A model generated the notes under the pieces. It was not told the DNA's origin. It saw nothing but the letters and a program-made list of their open reading frames with translations, and did not search any database. DNA of 64,000 nt from an uncultured Bacteroidales bacterium (lineage in GTDB: Bacteria > Bacteroidota > Bacteroidia > Bacteroidales > FEN-979), in contig CAIKNA010000127.1 in NCBI GenBank assembly GCA_903828645.1, positions 7,855 through 71,854 of the forward strand. The letters are read 5' to 3'. Made by a program: the position numbers and the translations under genes. This document shows positions 48,447-57,689 of this stretch, one piece after another (position 1 is the stretch's first letter; every line of letters starts with the position of its first letter).

Positions 48447-48485
48447 GTTTTCGAAGGTTGTTTGTACGTACTGATAATCGGGCGG

Positions 48486-48493
48486 CAAAAGTA
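48486..48493 (-). promoter_or_regulatory. -7 box TACTTTTG for ahcY
   Basis: It matches TAnnTTTG on the minus strand, 40 nt upstream of the ATG at 48446. Confidence 0.45.
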
Positions 48494-48527
48494 CGGAAAA
48501 AACAAATATCAAGATACCGGAATGTCG

Positions 48528-48535
48528 TATTTTTG
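48528..48535 (+). promoter_or_regulatory. -7 box TATTTTTG for the PPTase-metH-metF string
   Basis: TAnnTTTG lies 32 nt upstream of the ATG at 48567. Confidence 0.45.
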
Positions 48536-48566
48536 CGCCGGAATATAAAAAACCAACACAGGATAT

Positions 48567-49205
48567 ATGCCCTTCATCCGGGAAATCAACCCTGTCCGCG
48601 GGATCAGGGCAGGAATCTGGCAGATCATCGAAAGTGCAGACGAGTTGCTGGCTGGCATTAAACTGAATGATTCGGAAATAAAAACCTATGGTACTTTTCG
48701 CCATGACCTGCGAAAAAAGCAATGGCTGGCTTACCGAGCACTCCTGAAACAGTTACTGGCCCCGTTCACATCAGCCGTTTCCTATGATGTCCATGGCAAA
48801 CCAACCCTGGATTCACGAACCCACCACATCTCGGTGTCTCATGCAGGCGATTATGCGGTTGCCGTATGCAGTGAAAACACCCCCGTCGGGATCGACATCG
48901 AGAAAATAAAAGAACGGGTGGAGCGGGTAAAAGAGAGGTTTCTCCAGGAAAAAGAGCTGGAATCGATCTCAGCGGAAAACCGCCTCGAACAATTATATGT
49001 GTTCTGGGGAGGCAAGGAAGCGCTCTTCAAACTGCATGGCAAACCCGACGTGGATTTCAGAAACGATATCTATATTCATCCGTTTGATTACCTTTGCAAT
49101 ACAAATAGCCGCTGCAAAGGTACCCTGACCGCAGATGGTTCGGGGAGAGAATACAACCTTGATTATGAGAAGATAGAGGAGTATATGTTGGTGATGGCTT
49201 ATTGA
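48567..49205 (+). CDS. Sfp-type 4'-phosphopantetheinyl transferase
   Basis: 212-aa ORF with [20 protein letters not shown] and [10 protein letters not shown] motifs. Confidence 0.75.
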   Translation: MPFIREINPVRGIRAGIWQIIESADELLAGIKLNDSEIKTYGTFRHDLRKKQWLAYRALLKQLLAPFTSAVSYDVHGKPTLDSRTHHISVSHAGDYAVAVCSENTPVGIDIEKIKERVERVKERFLQEKELESISAENRLEQLYVFWGGKEALFKLHGKPDVDFRNDIYIHPFDYLCNTNSRCKGTLTADGSGREYNLDYEKIEEYMLVMAY

Positions 49206-49234
49206 ATGAAGGGAATGCAGAAAAAAAGAGTTGA

Positions 49235-52200
49235 ATGAGAGATGATATTTTTCAGGCGGTAAAATCGCGTGTACTGGTGCTGGATGGCGCGATGGGTACG
49301 ATGGTTCAGCGTTACAAACTGGAGGAAGCCGATTTCAGGGGGGAGCGGTTCAAAGATTTTGGTTACAACCTGAAGGGAAACAACGACCTGCTGGTGCTGA
49401 CCAATCCCCGGGTGATCCGCGAAATCCATGAAGCTTACCTGGAAGCGGGGGCCGACATCATCGAAACAGATACTTTCAATGCAAACCGGATCTCGCTTTT
49501 CGACTATCACCTTGAAGACCTGGCCTATGAACTGAACCTGACTGCCGCAAAACTTGCCAGGGAGGCCGCAGACAAGTATACCAGCCTCACCCCGGGCAAA
49601 CCGCGGTGGGTAGCAGGATCGATAGGCCCGACCAGCAAGACGGCCTCGATGTCGCCCGATGTTCAGAACCCTGCCTACCGTGCAGTGAGTTTTGACAACC
49701 TCTACGACGCCTACCGCGAACAGGCCCGCGGGCTGCTCGATGGCGGTGCGGATATCCTGATCGTTGAAACCATTTTTGACACCCTCAACGCAAAAGCCGC
49801 ACTGATCGCGGTCTTCGACGAAATAAACGACCGGGCACACGAACAGCCAGCATCACGTATTCCGGTCATCGCGAGCGTGACCATCTCCGACAATAGCGGC
49901 CGCACCCTCTCGGGGCAGACCCTGGAAGCATTTCTCTTCTCCATCATCCATTTCGACCTGTTTGCCATCGGCATCAATTGTTCCCTTGGAGCCGCGGAGT
50001 TGCGCCCCTATATCGAGGAGCTGTCTGCCAAGGCCCCCTTTCCCGTCATCGCATATCCGAATGCCGGGTTGCCCAACCAGTTCGGGGAATACGACCAGTC
50101 GCCTGCCGAGATGGCGGGTTACATCGGTGATTTTCTTGACAACGGGTTTGTAAACATGGTAGGGGGTTGCTGCGGCACCACCCCCGAACACATCCGCGGG
50201 TTTGCGGAACTCGCAAAAAATGCCCCCGTGCGCCCGGTCCCGGTACGTGCGCATGAACTCCGCCTCAGCGGCCTCGAACCGCTGACAATCTTTAAAGGGA
50301 GCAATTTCATCAACATCGGCGAGCGTACCAATGTGAGCGGCTCGCGGAAATTTGCCCGGCTCATCAAGGAGGAAAAATACGAAGAGGCCCTTTCGGTGGC
50401 ACGCCAGCAGGTTGAAAGCGGCGCCCAGGTGATTGACATCAGCATGGATGAAGCGATGCTGGATGCGGAGAAAGCAATGGTGAACTTCCTCAACATGGTG
50501 GCCTCCGATCCCGACGTGGCCAGGGTGCCCATCATGATCGACTCCTCGAAATTTTCGGTGATCCATGCAGGGCTCAAATGCATCCAGGGAAAACCGATCG
50601 TCAATTCCATCAGCCTGAAGGAGGGCGAAGATGCCTTCAGGGAGCATGCCCTCCTCCTGCGCAAATTCGGCGCTGCAACAGTGATCATGGCATTTGATGA
50701 AGAGGGACAGGCCACCACCCTCAGCCGCCGCATTGCCATCGCATCGCGGGCATACCGGATCCTGACCGAAGAATTGAACTTCCCCCCCGAAGATATTATT
50801 TTCGACCCCAACATCCTCACCGTAGCCACCGGGATTGATGAACATTCAAACTATGCCGTCGAATTCCTGAACGCTGTGAAATGGATCAAGGAAAACCTGC
50901 CTTATGTGCATGTAAGCGGCGGCATCAGCAACCTTTCTTTTTCGTTCAGGGGCAACGAAACGCTTCGTGAAGCGATGCATTCGGCCTTCCTTTACCACGC
51001 GATCAGGGCGGGGCTCGACATGGGGATTGTCAACGCGGGAGCCCTCCCGGTGTATGATGAAATCCCGAAGATGCTCCTGAAACTGGTGGAAGACGTGATC
51101 CTCAACCGCCGCAAGGACGGCACCGAACGGCTGCTTGCATATGCCAGCCAGGTAACCGGTTCGGGAAAAAAGGAGGAGACCGAAGCCGAATGGAGGTCGC
51201 TCCCGGTTGCGCAGCGGCTGAGCCATTCGCTGATCAAGGGCAATGCCGAATTCATCGACCAGGATATCGACGAAGCCATGCCGCTGTTCGACCTGGCCCT
51301 GAAGATCATCGAAGGCCCCCTGATGGACGGCATGAACCAGGTGGGCGACCTGTTTGGCAGCGGCAAGATGTTCCTCCCGCAGGTAGTCAAGAGCGCCCGT
51401 GTGATGAAAAAAGCGGTGGCCAGGCTCACCCCGAGGCTCGAAGCCGAAAAGGCCGAACTGAAAGGATCTCCGCGGAACAATGGAAAGATATTGCTGGCCA
51501 CGGTGAAAGGCGATGTACACGACATCGGCAAGAACATTGTCGGCGTGGTGCTCGCCTGCAACAACTACGAAGTGATCGATCTGGGGGTCATGATCCCTGC
51601 CGACAAGATCCTGACCGCGGCGAAAGAACACAACGTCGATGTGATCGGCCTCAGCGGTCTCATCACCCCTTCGCTCGAAGAGATGGTGCATGTTGCCAAA
51701 GAGATGGAACGGCTTAAATTCACCATCCCCCTGCTCATCGGGGGGGCCACCACCTCCGACATACACACCGCCGTCAAGATCGAGCCCTACTATTCGCAAT
51801 GTGTGATTCACGTGAAGGATGCATCCAAGGCGGTCGGGGTTGTTTCGAACCTGCTCTCGGCTGAGGCCAAAAAAGAATTTACCGGCTCCGTGAAAAAGAA
51901 ATACGAGGGTATCCGCAACAGTTACGACAAAACAGCCGCGTACTCCTATATCCCGCTGGCCGACGCCCGGAAAAACAAACTTAATATCGATTGGCAATCT
52001 GCTCAAATCTTCAAACCGCAATTCACCGGGACCAGGGTGTTTTCAGAATATTCCCTGGAGGAGATCGCGCAGTATATCGACTGGACCTTCTTTTTCCACG
52101 CCTGGAAAATGAACGGGAAATACCCGGCAATCCTTACCGATCCCGTAAAGGGGGCTGAAGCAACCAAACTGTTCAACGATGCCATGGCGCTTCTGAAGGA

Positions 52201-52921
52201 GATCACCGGCAAAAAAATGCTGCACGCCTCCGGAACAATCGGGATCTTTCCCTGCAACTCCACCGGCGACGACGTGGAGGTGTATGCCGACGAATCGCGG
52301 TCGAAGGTGCTGGCCACCTTCCGTTTCCTCCGGAACCAGCAGTTGAAGGATCCAGGGCAGCCCAACCTCTGCCTGGCCGATTACATCGCCCCCGGGGAAT
52401 CGGGGATCGTGGATTACATGGGAGGTTTTGCCGTTACCGCCGGGCTGGGCCTTGAAGAATGGGTAACCAGGTATGAGGAGGATTTTGACGACTACCACGC
52501 CATCCTGGTCAAGATCCTTGCCGACAGGCTGGCCGAAGCCTTTGCCGAACTGATGCACATGCGGGTGCGCAGGGAGTTCTGGGGATATGCCCGGGAAGAG
52601 CAACTTGATGTGTTCGCCATGATCCGCGAAGAGTACCAGGGCATCCGCCCTGCACCCGGCTACCCGGCCTGCCCCGAACATTCTGAAAAACGCACCCTGT
52701 TCGACCTTCTTGAAGCTGAAAAAACTACCGAGATCAGGCTTACCGAAAATTATGCCATGCACCCCGGCGCCTCGGTGAGCGGATTCTATTTCTCCCATCC
52801 GCTGGCCCAATATTTCAACCTTGGCCGCATCAGCAAAGACCAGCTGGCTGATTATGCAGAACGGAAGGAGATGCCTTTTGAGCAGGCGGAAAAATTACTG
52901 AATACTAATCTGAATTTTTAA
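49235..52921 (+). CDS. metH: Cobalamin-dependent methionine synthase
   Basis: 1228-aa ORF with all four modules: Hcy-binding ([11 protein letters not shown]), pterin-binding, B12-binding DxHxxG ([12 protein letters not shown]), and the AdoMet reactivation domain ([12 protein letters not shown]). Confidence 0.92.
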   Translation: MRDDIFQAVKSRVLVLDGAMGTMVQRYKLEEADFRGERFKDFGYNLKGNNDLLVLTNPRVIREIHEAYLEAGADIIETDTFNANRISLFDYHLEDLAYELNLTAAKLAREAADKYTSLTPGKPRWVAGSIGPTSKTASMSPDVQNPAYRAVSFDNLYDAYREQARGLLDGGADILIVETIFDTLNAKAALIAVFDEINDRAHEQPASRIPVIASVTISDNSGRTLSGQTLEAFLFSIIHFDLFAIGINCSLGAAELRPYIEELSAKAPFPVIAYPNAGLPNQFGEYDQSPAEMAGYIGDFLDNGFVNMVGGCCGTTPEHIRGFAELAKNAPVRPVPVRAHELRLSGLEPLTIFKGSNFINIGERTNVSGSRKFARLIKEEKYEEALSVARQQVESGAQVIDISMDEAMLDAEKAMVNFLNMVASDPDVARVPIMIDSSKFSVIHAGLKCIQGKPIVNSISLKEGEDAFREHALLLRKFGAATVIMAFDEEGQATTLSRRIAIASRAYRILTEELNFPPEDIIFDPNILTVATGIDEHSNYAVEFLNAVKWIKENLPYVHVSGGISNLSFSFRGNETLREAMHSAFLYHAIRAGLDMGIVNAGALPVYDEIPKMLLKLVEDVILNRRKDGTERLLAYASQVTGSGKKEETEAEWRSLPVAQRLSHSLIKGNAEFIDQDIDEAMPLFDLALKIIEGPLMDGMNQVGDLFGSGKMFLPQVVKSARVMKKAVARLTPRLEAEKAELKGSPRNNGKILLATVKGDVHDIGKNIVGVVLACNNYEVIDLGVMIPADKILTAAKEHNVDVIGLSGLITPSLEEMVHVAKEMERLKFTIPLLIGGATTSDIHTAVKIEPYYSQCVIHVKDASKAVGVVSNLLSAEAKKEFTGSVKKKYEGIRNSYDKTAAYSYIPLADARKNKLNIDWQSAQIFKPQFTGTRVFSEYSLEEIAQYIDWTFFFHAWKMNGKYPAILTDPVKGAEATKLFNDAMALLKEITGKKMLHASGTIGIFPCNSTGDDVEVYADESRSKVLATFRFLRNQQLKDPGQPNLCLADYIAPGESGIVDYMGGFAVTAGLGLEEWVTRYEEDFDDYHAILVKILADRLAEAFAELMHMRVRREFWGYAREEQLDVFAMIREEYQGIRPAPGYPACPEHSEKRTLFDLLEAEKTTEIRLTENYAMHPGASVSGFYFSHPLAQYFNLGRISKDQLADYAERKEMPFEQAEKLLNTNLNF

Positions 52922-52923
52922 CA

Positions 52924-53880
52924 ATGAAAGTCATAGACCTGATCAATAAATCCGATAAAACCCTCTTTTCTTTCGAACTGCTTCCCCCGCTCAGGGGGCA
53001 CAACATCAACAGCATCTACCGCACCATCGACCCGTTGCTTGAATACAAGCCCTCGTTCATCAATGTTACCTACCACCAGGAAGAGGTCGTTTACAAAAAG
53101 CACGAGAATGGCCTGCTGGAGAAAAAAACCGTGCGGAAACGCCCGGGAACCGTGGCTATTTCTGCGGCCATCAAGTACAAGTACCCCGATGTCGAGGTTG
53201 TTCCGCACATCATCTGCGGCGGGTTTACCAAGGAGGAGACGGAATATGCCCTCATCGATTTTCATTACCTGGGCATCGACAACATCCTCGCTTTGCGCGG
53301 CGACGCCCCGAAAAACCAGCGGACCTTCGTCCCGGAAAAAAACGGGCACTCTTACGCAAACACGCTGGTGGCACAGATTACCGATATGAACCGGGGCAAA
53401 TACCTCGACGATGAACTGCAAAACACTTTCAGCACCGATTTCTGTGTCGGGGTGGCCGGTTATCCCGAAAAACACATCGAATCGCCCAACCTTGCCTACG
53501 ACCTGAAATACCTGAAGGCCAAGGTGGATGCAGGGGCGGAATACATCATCACCCAGATGTTTTTCGACAACCAGAAATATTTTGATTTCGTGGAGGCCTG
53601 CCGCAGGGAAGGCATTACCGTTCCGGTGATTCCCGGCCTCAAGCCCATCTGCACCATAAAGGAGATCAATGTGCTGCCCCAGATCTTCAACATCGACATC
53701 CCCGACGAACTCGTTAAAAAGGTGATGGCCTGCAAAAACAACGAGGAGGCTTTCAAAGTCGGCATCGAGTGGGGCATCCGGCAGTCGGAGGAGCTGATCA
53801 AATTCGGGGTTCCCGTGGTTCACTATTTTTCGGTCGGGGTTTCGGAGAACATCCGCCAGATCGCCAAAGCAGTATTCTAA
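52924..53880 (+). CDS. metF: Methylenetetrahydrofolate reductase
   Basis: 318-aa ORF with FSFELLPP, NILALRGD and TQMFFD motifs. It starts 2 nt after the metH stop. Confidence 0.9.
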   Translation: MKVIDLINKSDKTLFSFELLPPLRGHNINSIYRTIDPLLEYKPSFINVTYHQEEVVYKKHENGLLEKKTVRKRPGTVAISAAIKYKYPDVEVVPHIICGGFTKEETEYALIDFHYLGIDNILALRGDAPKNQRTFVPEKNGHSYANTLVAQITDMNRGKYLDDELQNTFSTDFCVGVAGYPEKHIESPNLAYDLKYLKAKVDAGAEYIITQMFFDNQKYFDFVEACRREGITVPVIPGLKPICTIKEINVLPQIFNIDIPDELVKKVMACKNNEEAFKVGIEWGIRQSEELIKFGVPVVHYFSVGVSENIRQIAKAVF

Positions 53881-53890
53881 ACAATTTCCC

Positions 53891-54619
53891 ATGAACATCT
53901 GCCAATCCCTGCTGAAAGATACCCTGGCGGGCAAAAAAAAATTTGCCGTCCTCATTGATCCCGACAAATATACCGTGGAATCCCTTTCCGGGGTGGTAAA
54001 ACTTGGAGCTGAAGCCGGCATCGACTATTTCTTCCTGGGAGGAAGTTTGCTGCTACGCGACAACCTGCCGCAACTGATTGCCTGCATCCGTGAAAACACC
54101 ACCATCCCTGTGGTGCTGTTCCCGGGAAACGACCTTCAGCTGAGCGGCAAAGCCGACGGCATCCTGCTCTTATCGCTGATTTCAGGACGAAATCCCGACA
54201 TGCTGATCGGCCGGCATGTCATCTCGGCCCCCTACCTGAAAGCCAGCAACCTCGAGATCCTCTCCACCGGCTACATGCTGATCGAAAGCGGTTCCACAAC
54301 TGCCGTATCTTACATGAGCAACACCACGCCCATCCCTGCGCACAAGGCCGATATCGCGGCCTGCACAGCCATGGCCGGGGAGATGCTGGGGATGAAACTG
54401 ATCTACCTCGATGCCGGCAGCGGTGCAAAAAACCCCGTTCCCCCGGCGATGATCGCCAAAGTAAAAGGGTCCATCTCCCTTCCGCTGATCGTTGGCGGGG
54501 GCATCACCAGCGCCTGGCTGGCAAAAGCCGCTTATGATGCCGGCGCTGACCTCGTAGTGGCAGGCAACGCCATTGAAAACGACCCCGGCCTTATTGCCCG
54601 GATCGCTGCAGCCAGGTAA
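53891..54619 (+). CDS. Geranylgeranylglyceryl phosphate synthase-family (PcrB/GGGPS-like) prenyltransferase
   Basis: 242-aa TIM-barrel-type ORF with AVLIDPDK, GGS..L, the glycerol-phosphate-binding-like LIYLDAGSGA, and LIVGGGI near the C-terminus. It starts 10 nt after metF. Confidence 0.75.
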   Translation: MNICQSLLKDTLAGKKKFAVLIDPDKYTVESLSGVVKLGAEAGIDYFFLGGSLLLRDNLPQLIACIRENTTIPVVLFPGNDLQLSGKADGILLLSLISGRNPDMLIGRHVISAPYLKASNLEILSTGYMLIESGSTTAVSYMSNTTPIPAHKADIAACTAMAGEMLGMKLIYLDAGSGAKNPVPPAMIAKVKGSISLPLIVGGGITSAWLAKAAYDAGADLVVAGNAIENDPGLIARIAAAR

Positions 54620-54649
54620 ACGGATTGACGGCTCGTAACGCGGCGAATA

Positions 54650-54994
54650 CTATTCCAAATCAAGAATTATTTTTAAATTTTCTTTTAATGCGGAAATAAT
54701 CTCCAAAGGGGCAATACCCAGTTTTTTAACCATTCTCTTATTGTCAATTGCACGAACCTGATCAACCATAATATCGCATGCCTCGTTTAATCCACCGCAC
54801 CCTTGCTTTATATGCACTCTTAATATTTCACTCTCTTTTTGGACATTGGCAGTCAACGGGCAGACAATTGAAGATGGATGGTGTTTGTTTAACAAATCTG
54901 TTTGTACAACGATTACCGGCCTGGTTTTACCCGGCTCCGTTCCTATGGTTGGATTAAGGTCGGCAATCCAGATTTCATATTGCTTCACCTTCAT
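54650..54994 (-). CDS. mazF: Type II toxin, PemK/MazF-family endoribonuclease
   Basis: 114-aa ORF with EIWIADLNPTIGTEPGKTRPVIVVQTD and VDQVRAIDNKR segments typical of MazF/PemK. Confidence 0.85.
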   Translation of the reverse strand: MKVKQYEIWIADLNPTIGTEPGKTRPVIVVQTDLLNKHHPSSIVCPLTANVQKESEILRVHIKQGCGGLNEACDIMVDQVRAIDNKRMVKKLGIAPLEIISALKENLKIILDLE

Positions 54995-55214
54995 AACCGA
55001 TCATTTCAAATTCCCTGAGAATAGTTACCGACTCATCCTTGACCAGTTTGGATTCTTTTTCCAGTTTAGATGCCAATAGTTTCCTTTTCTGAACTTTATT
55101 ATAAAATTCCAGGGCTTCGTTGATATACCTGTTACGGGATTTGTTGATATGGCTGATGACTTGTTCGGTTTCAGTGAAAACCGAATCATCCAGCTTTAAA
55201 GAAAGTGTCTTCAT
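54975..55214 (-). CDS. Antitoxin, ribbon-helix-helix (CopG-like) type
   Basis: 79-aa ORF that overlaps the toxin start by 20 nt. The N-terminus (MKTLSLKLDDSVFTETEQV...RNRYINEALEFY) fits an RHH fold. Confidence 0.6.
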   Translation of the reverse strand: MKTLSLKLDDSVFTETEQVISHINKSRNRYINEALEFYNKVQKRKLLASKLEKESKLVKDESVTILREFEMIGYEGEAI

Positions 55215-55236
55215 ATGATTGCTGCATTTTATATCA

Positions 55237-55244
55237 CAAAGGTA
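55237..55244 (-). promoter_or_regulatory. -7 box TACCTTTG for the antitoxin-toxin operon
   Basis: It matches TAnnTTTG on the minus strand, 23 nt upstream of the ATG at 55214. Confidence 0.45.
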
Positions 55245-55248
55245 TATA

Positions 55249-56898
55249 CTAATTGGGAATACTCAAAATAATTTTTCCTCCATAACTCTTCTGCCCGTTG
55301 CCGAGGATCGCATGGTACATCCCTGCGGCCGGGATCGGAGGTCCAGGCTGATCGCGCCGCCGCCACCCGCCACAGTCTCCTGCTGCACCAGCCGGCCCAG
55401 CGCATCGAAAATCTGCAAAGTGAATTTTTTTCCGCTGACAAACTCCCCGGGGATGATGATGGTGCACTTGCCGGTGGTGGGGTTGTCATAAATCACCAAT
55501 TGTTTCTGCGCTGTGGTTTCTGGCTCTTCAACCCCCGTAATTGCAGAGCATTTGGCAACAATAATATCCGTTGAACCATAAGAAGTAAATGATTTTGAAC
55601 CAAGCGATGTAGCTGTGTTAAAAAGCAAGGTAAAATACAGGTTCCCAACCTTATCCTCACAAATACCAGTGCCATATCCGTGTCCATAATTATAAACGCC
55701 AAGGCAAACACCCAGGCTATCGTATGAAGTCAAAAACATATCATCATCAGAAATTGATTGAACCTGAAAATCACCAAAATGAGCAAGTCCACCAAAAATC
55801 CCAACAATTGAAACATTCCCAATTTTGTTTGTTGATATATCTAATCCTTCGGCATGCCCGCTTTCTGTTTTTCTGACCCATTGGAGTTTTCCCTGCCTGT
55901 TATATTTTACAAAAAACAATTCATGATGGTTTAATTGAGAAGTAAGTGTATCTGTTCCGAAAATAATCGAATTTTTAAAATATCCTGTTTGATAAATGTT
56001 ACCATGTTTGTCGTGCGCAATATCTGAAACGGATTCTGTTATTTTGGAAATACCTTCCCTGATCCATTTTGCAGTTCCAGCCGAATCAAAGCAACAAATC
56101 AGGCTGCTGAAAAATCCTTTATGAGAGATGATTATTGTATCGACTACTATCGAATCATCAACAGCCGTGCAACCGCCAATGATAATATCTGAATCCATGA
56201 CCTTCAGCCCGGTAATCGAATCTTAGAGTTCAAAGTTGCAGCCCAGGCAACTTTATTCTTAGCCCATTGGCAATTCCCATCAGGATCAAATTTTGCAAAA
56301 AACCTCCTTCGGGTATTTCAAAGTTGTCGAAACTGGCTGATGAGGAGGTGGTCCCGCACATATAGATATTTCCTTTATGATCAAATGCGAGTTTATTAAT
56401 GTTATCATCCCCGGTTCCACCTTCTCTCCTACTCCAGAGGCAATTGCCATCAAGGCTGTATTTTAGCAGAAAAATGTCCAAACCTCCTTTGGCAGTCAGG
56501 GTACATGAACCAAAGGTTACATTTCCGGTGAAGCTTCCACCGATGAAAATACTATTAGAAACATTATCATAATAAACTACAATGGTTTCATCCGAATACT
56601 CGTTAAAACCTCCAATACGGTGAACCCATAATTCATTTCCTGAGGGATCCTATTTTACCAGAAACAGATCATTGATGCCTTGCCTGATAAGGGTGTCGGA
56701 TTGGAAGAAACATTCAGTACTCCAAAACATACCAGCAAAATAAAAATTACCTTCATTATCACAACAACCCGCTCCTCCGGTATCTTTATAAATCCCCCCG
56801 ATTTGATTCGACCAGTAAAATGTCTGGGCATCCGCGGAATGGCTTATGAACATTGCCCGGATTATCAAAATGCAGAGAAGAAAAAGTATTTTTTTCAT
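55249..56898 (-). pseudogene. Decayed gene for an SBBP-type beta-propeller-repeat T9SS cargo protein
   Basis: A signal peptide (MKKILFLLCIL) is followed by repeats of the pattern D.F..KY...G...W.....GN.Y..G. The frame is broken by an in-frame TAG (56650-56652, where Tyr is expected) and by frameshifts near 56297-56302, 56204-56225 and 55337-55338. The true CTD end (...IPAAGMYHAILGNGQKSYGGKIILSIPN*) is in another frame. Confidence 0.65.
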
Positions 56899-57120
56899 GA
56901 TGCTGTAACTGAAAGAAAAATTTTCACCAGGATGCTCTTGCTGCGGCGGAATTACGCCGGTCTTCAGGACGGGGTGGTACAAGTATAATGAAAACAGCTC
57001 CTTGTATGATGAAATTCGAAAATTTTAACTAAACCTGACTTTTTCTTATTCGCTATCAACCCCGACTTACAACATTAAAATACTCACATACTGCGCATTA
57101 CTCATTTCTAATCAGATTTT

Positions 57121-57230
57121 GTTTCAGGTCTTATTCAGGTTTCATTCAGCTCTCATTCAGCTCTGTTTCAGATCTGTTTCAGCTTTGTTTCACTATCGTT
57201 TCAGTTAGGATTCAGTATGGGTTCAGCAGG
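57121..57230. repeat. 11-bp tandem array A, ten degenerate copies (consensus GTTTCAGNTCT)
   Basis: T(T)CAG recurs at exact 11-bp spacing (57124, 57135, 57146, 57157, 57168, 57179, 57190 as TCAC, 57201, 57212, 57223). Confidence 0.85.
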
Positions 57231-57283
57231 TATATCCCGCTTCGGGAGCATTACCCTGCAAAAGTCCCCTGACACACTTTTCT

Positions 57284-57448
57284 AAACCAACAGTAAACCA
57301 ACGGTAAACCAACAGTAAACCAACAGTAAACCAACAGTAAACCATCAGTAAACCAACAGTAAACCAACAGTAAACCAACAGTAAACCAACAGTAATCCAA
57401 CAGTAAACCAACAGTAAACCAACAGTAAACCAACAGTAAACCAAATCG
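57284..57448. repeat. 11-bp tandem array B, fourteen near-perfect copies of AAACCAACAGT plus a partial unit
   Basis: There are only 3 single-base variants (AAACCAACGGT, AAACCATCAGT, AATCCAACAGT). The last partial unit runs into the palindrome at 57443. Confidence 0.95.
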
Positions 57449-57468
57449 CCTCCCCGGGGAGGCGATTT
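57443..57468. repeat. 26-bp perfect palindrome AAATCGCCTCCCC|GGGGAGGCGATTT
   Basis: Read directly from the sequence. It has a GC-rich 13-bp arm with AAA/TTT ends. It could act as a bidirectional terminator or as a protein-binding site. Confidence 0.85.
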
Positions 57469-57626
57469 CAGACCCCATCCCCCGGCCCACATCCTGGCAG
57501 GACCCCATCCCCCCCGGAGGGGTCTGGATGGAATTACCATAGGCAAAAATGAGAAAATTTGCCCGTTTTACGCCGATTATGTACCTTGCACAACAATTCT
57601 GGCCACAACTGTCCCAGACCTTCATT

Positions 57627-57689
57627 TGTCACTTGTCATTCGTCACTTGTCAATCGTAAATCGTAAATCGTAAATCGTAAATCCAAAAT
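57627..57689. repeat. Nine tandem heptads (TGTCACT TGTCATT CGTCACT TGTCAAT, CGTAAAT x4, CCAAAAT) ending in C6 directly before the S9 peptidase ATG
   Basis: Read directly from the sequence. CGTAAAT matches a rotation of the reverse complement of the CGATTTA heptads found downstream of this gene and of purF (ATTTACG). Confidence 0.9.

Noticed and set aside
47025-48722. Long N-terminal extensions in the ORF track: ahcY to 48722, aminotransferase to 5020, RND adaptor from 18100, PorV-like to 37844, giant CTD protein to 42178, TPR membrane protein from 31653, queD from 11889, small secreted protein from 60028.
   Set aside because: The extensions lack homology-like sequence. They overlap neighbouring genes or promoter boxes. 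Internal Met codons give canonical N-termini or signal peptides.
49853-54021. Long minus-strand ORFs opposite metH and metF (49853..50845, 50846..52021, 52043..52810, 52918..54021; 255-391 aa).
   Set aside because: They lie antisense to genes with unmistakable MetH/MetF motifs. Their products are low-complexity (H/G/R/D-rich) with no recognisable domain. They are typical stop-poor antisense frames of GC-rich coding sequence.
56650-56652. The in-frame TAG could be programmed recoding (pyrrolysine or read-through).
   Set aside because: The same gene has at least three additional frameshifts, and the repeat consensus calls for Tyr (a single-base change from TAY). No pyl genes are seen. Decay is the simpler explanation.
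57223-57625. Two overlapping minus-strand ORFs encoding VYCWFTVGLLL repeats.
   Set aside because: They exist only because the 11-bp unit ACTGTTGGTTT has no stop codon in any minus-strand frame. The same DNA is open in several frames, which is the signature of a tandem repeat rather than a gene. There is no -7 box and no plausible start context.
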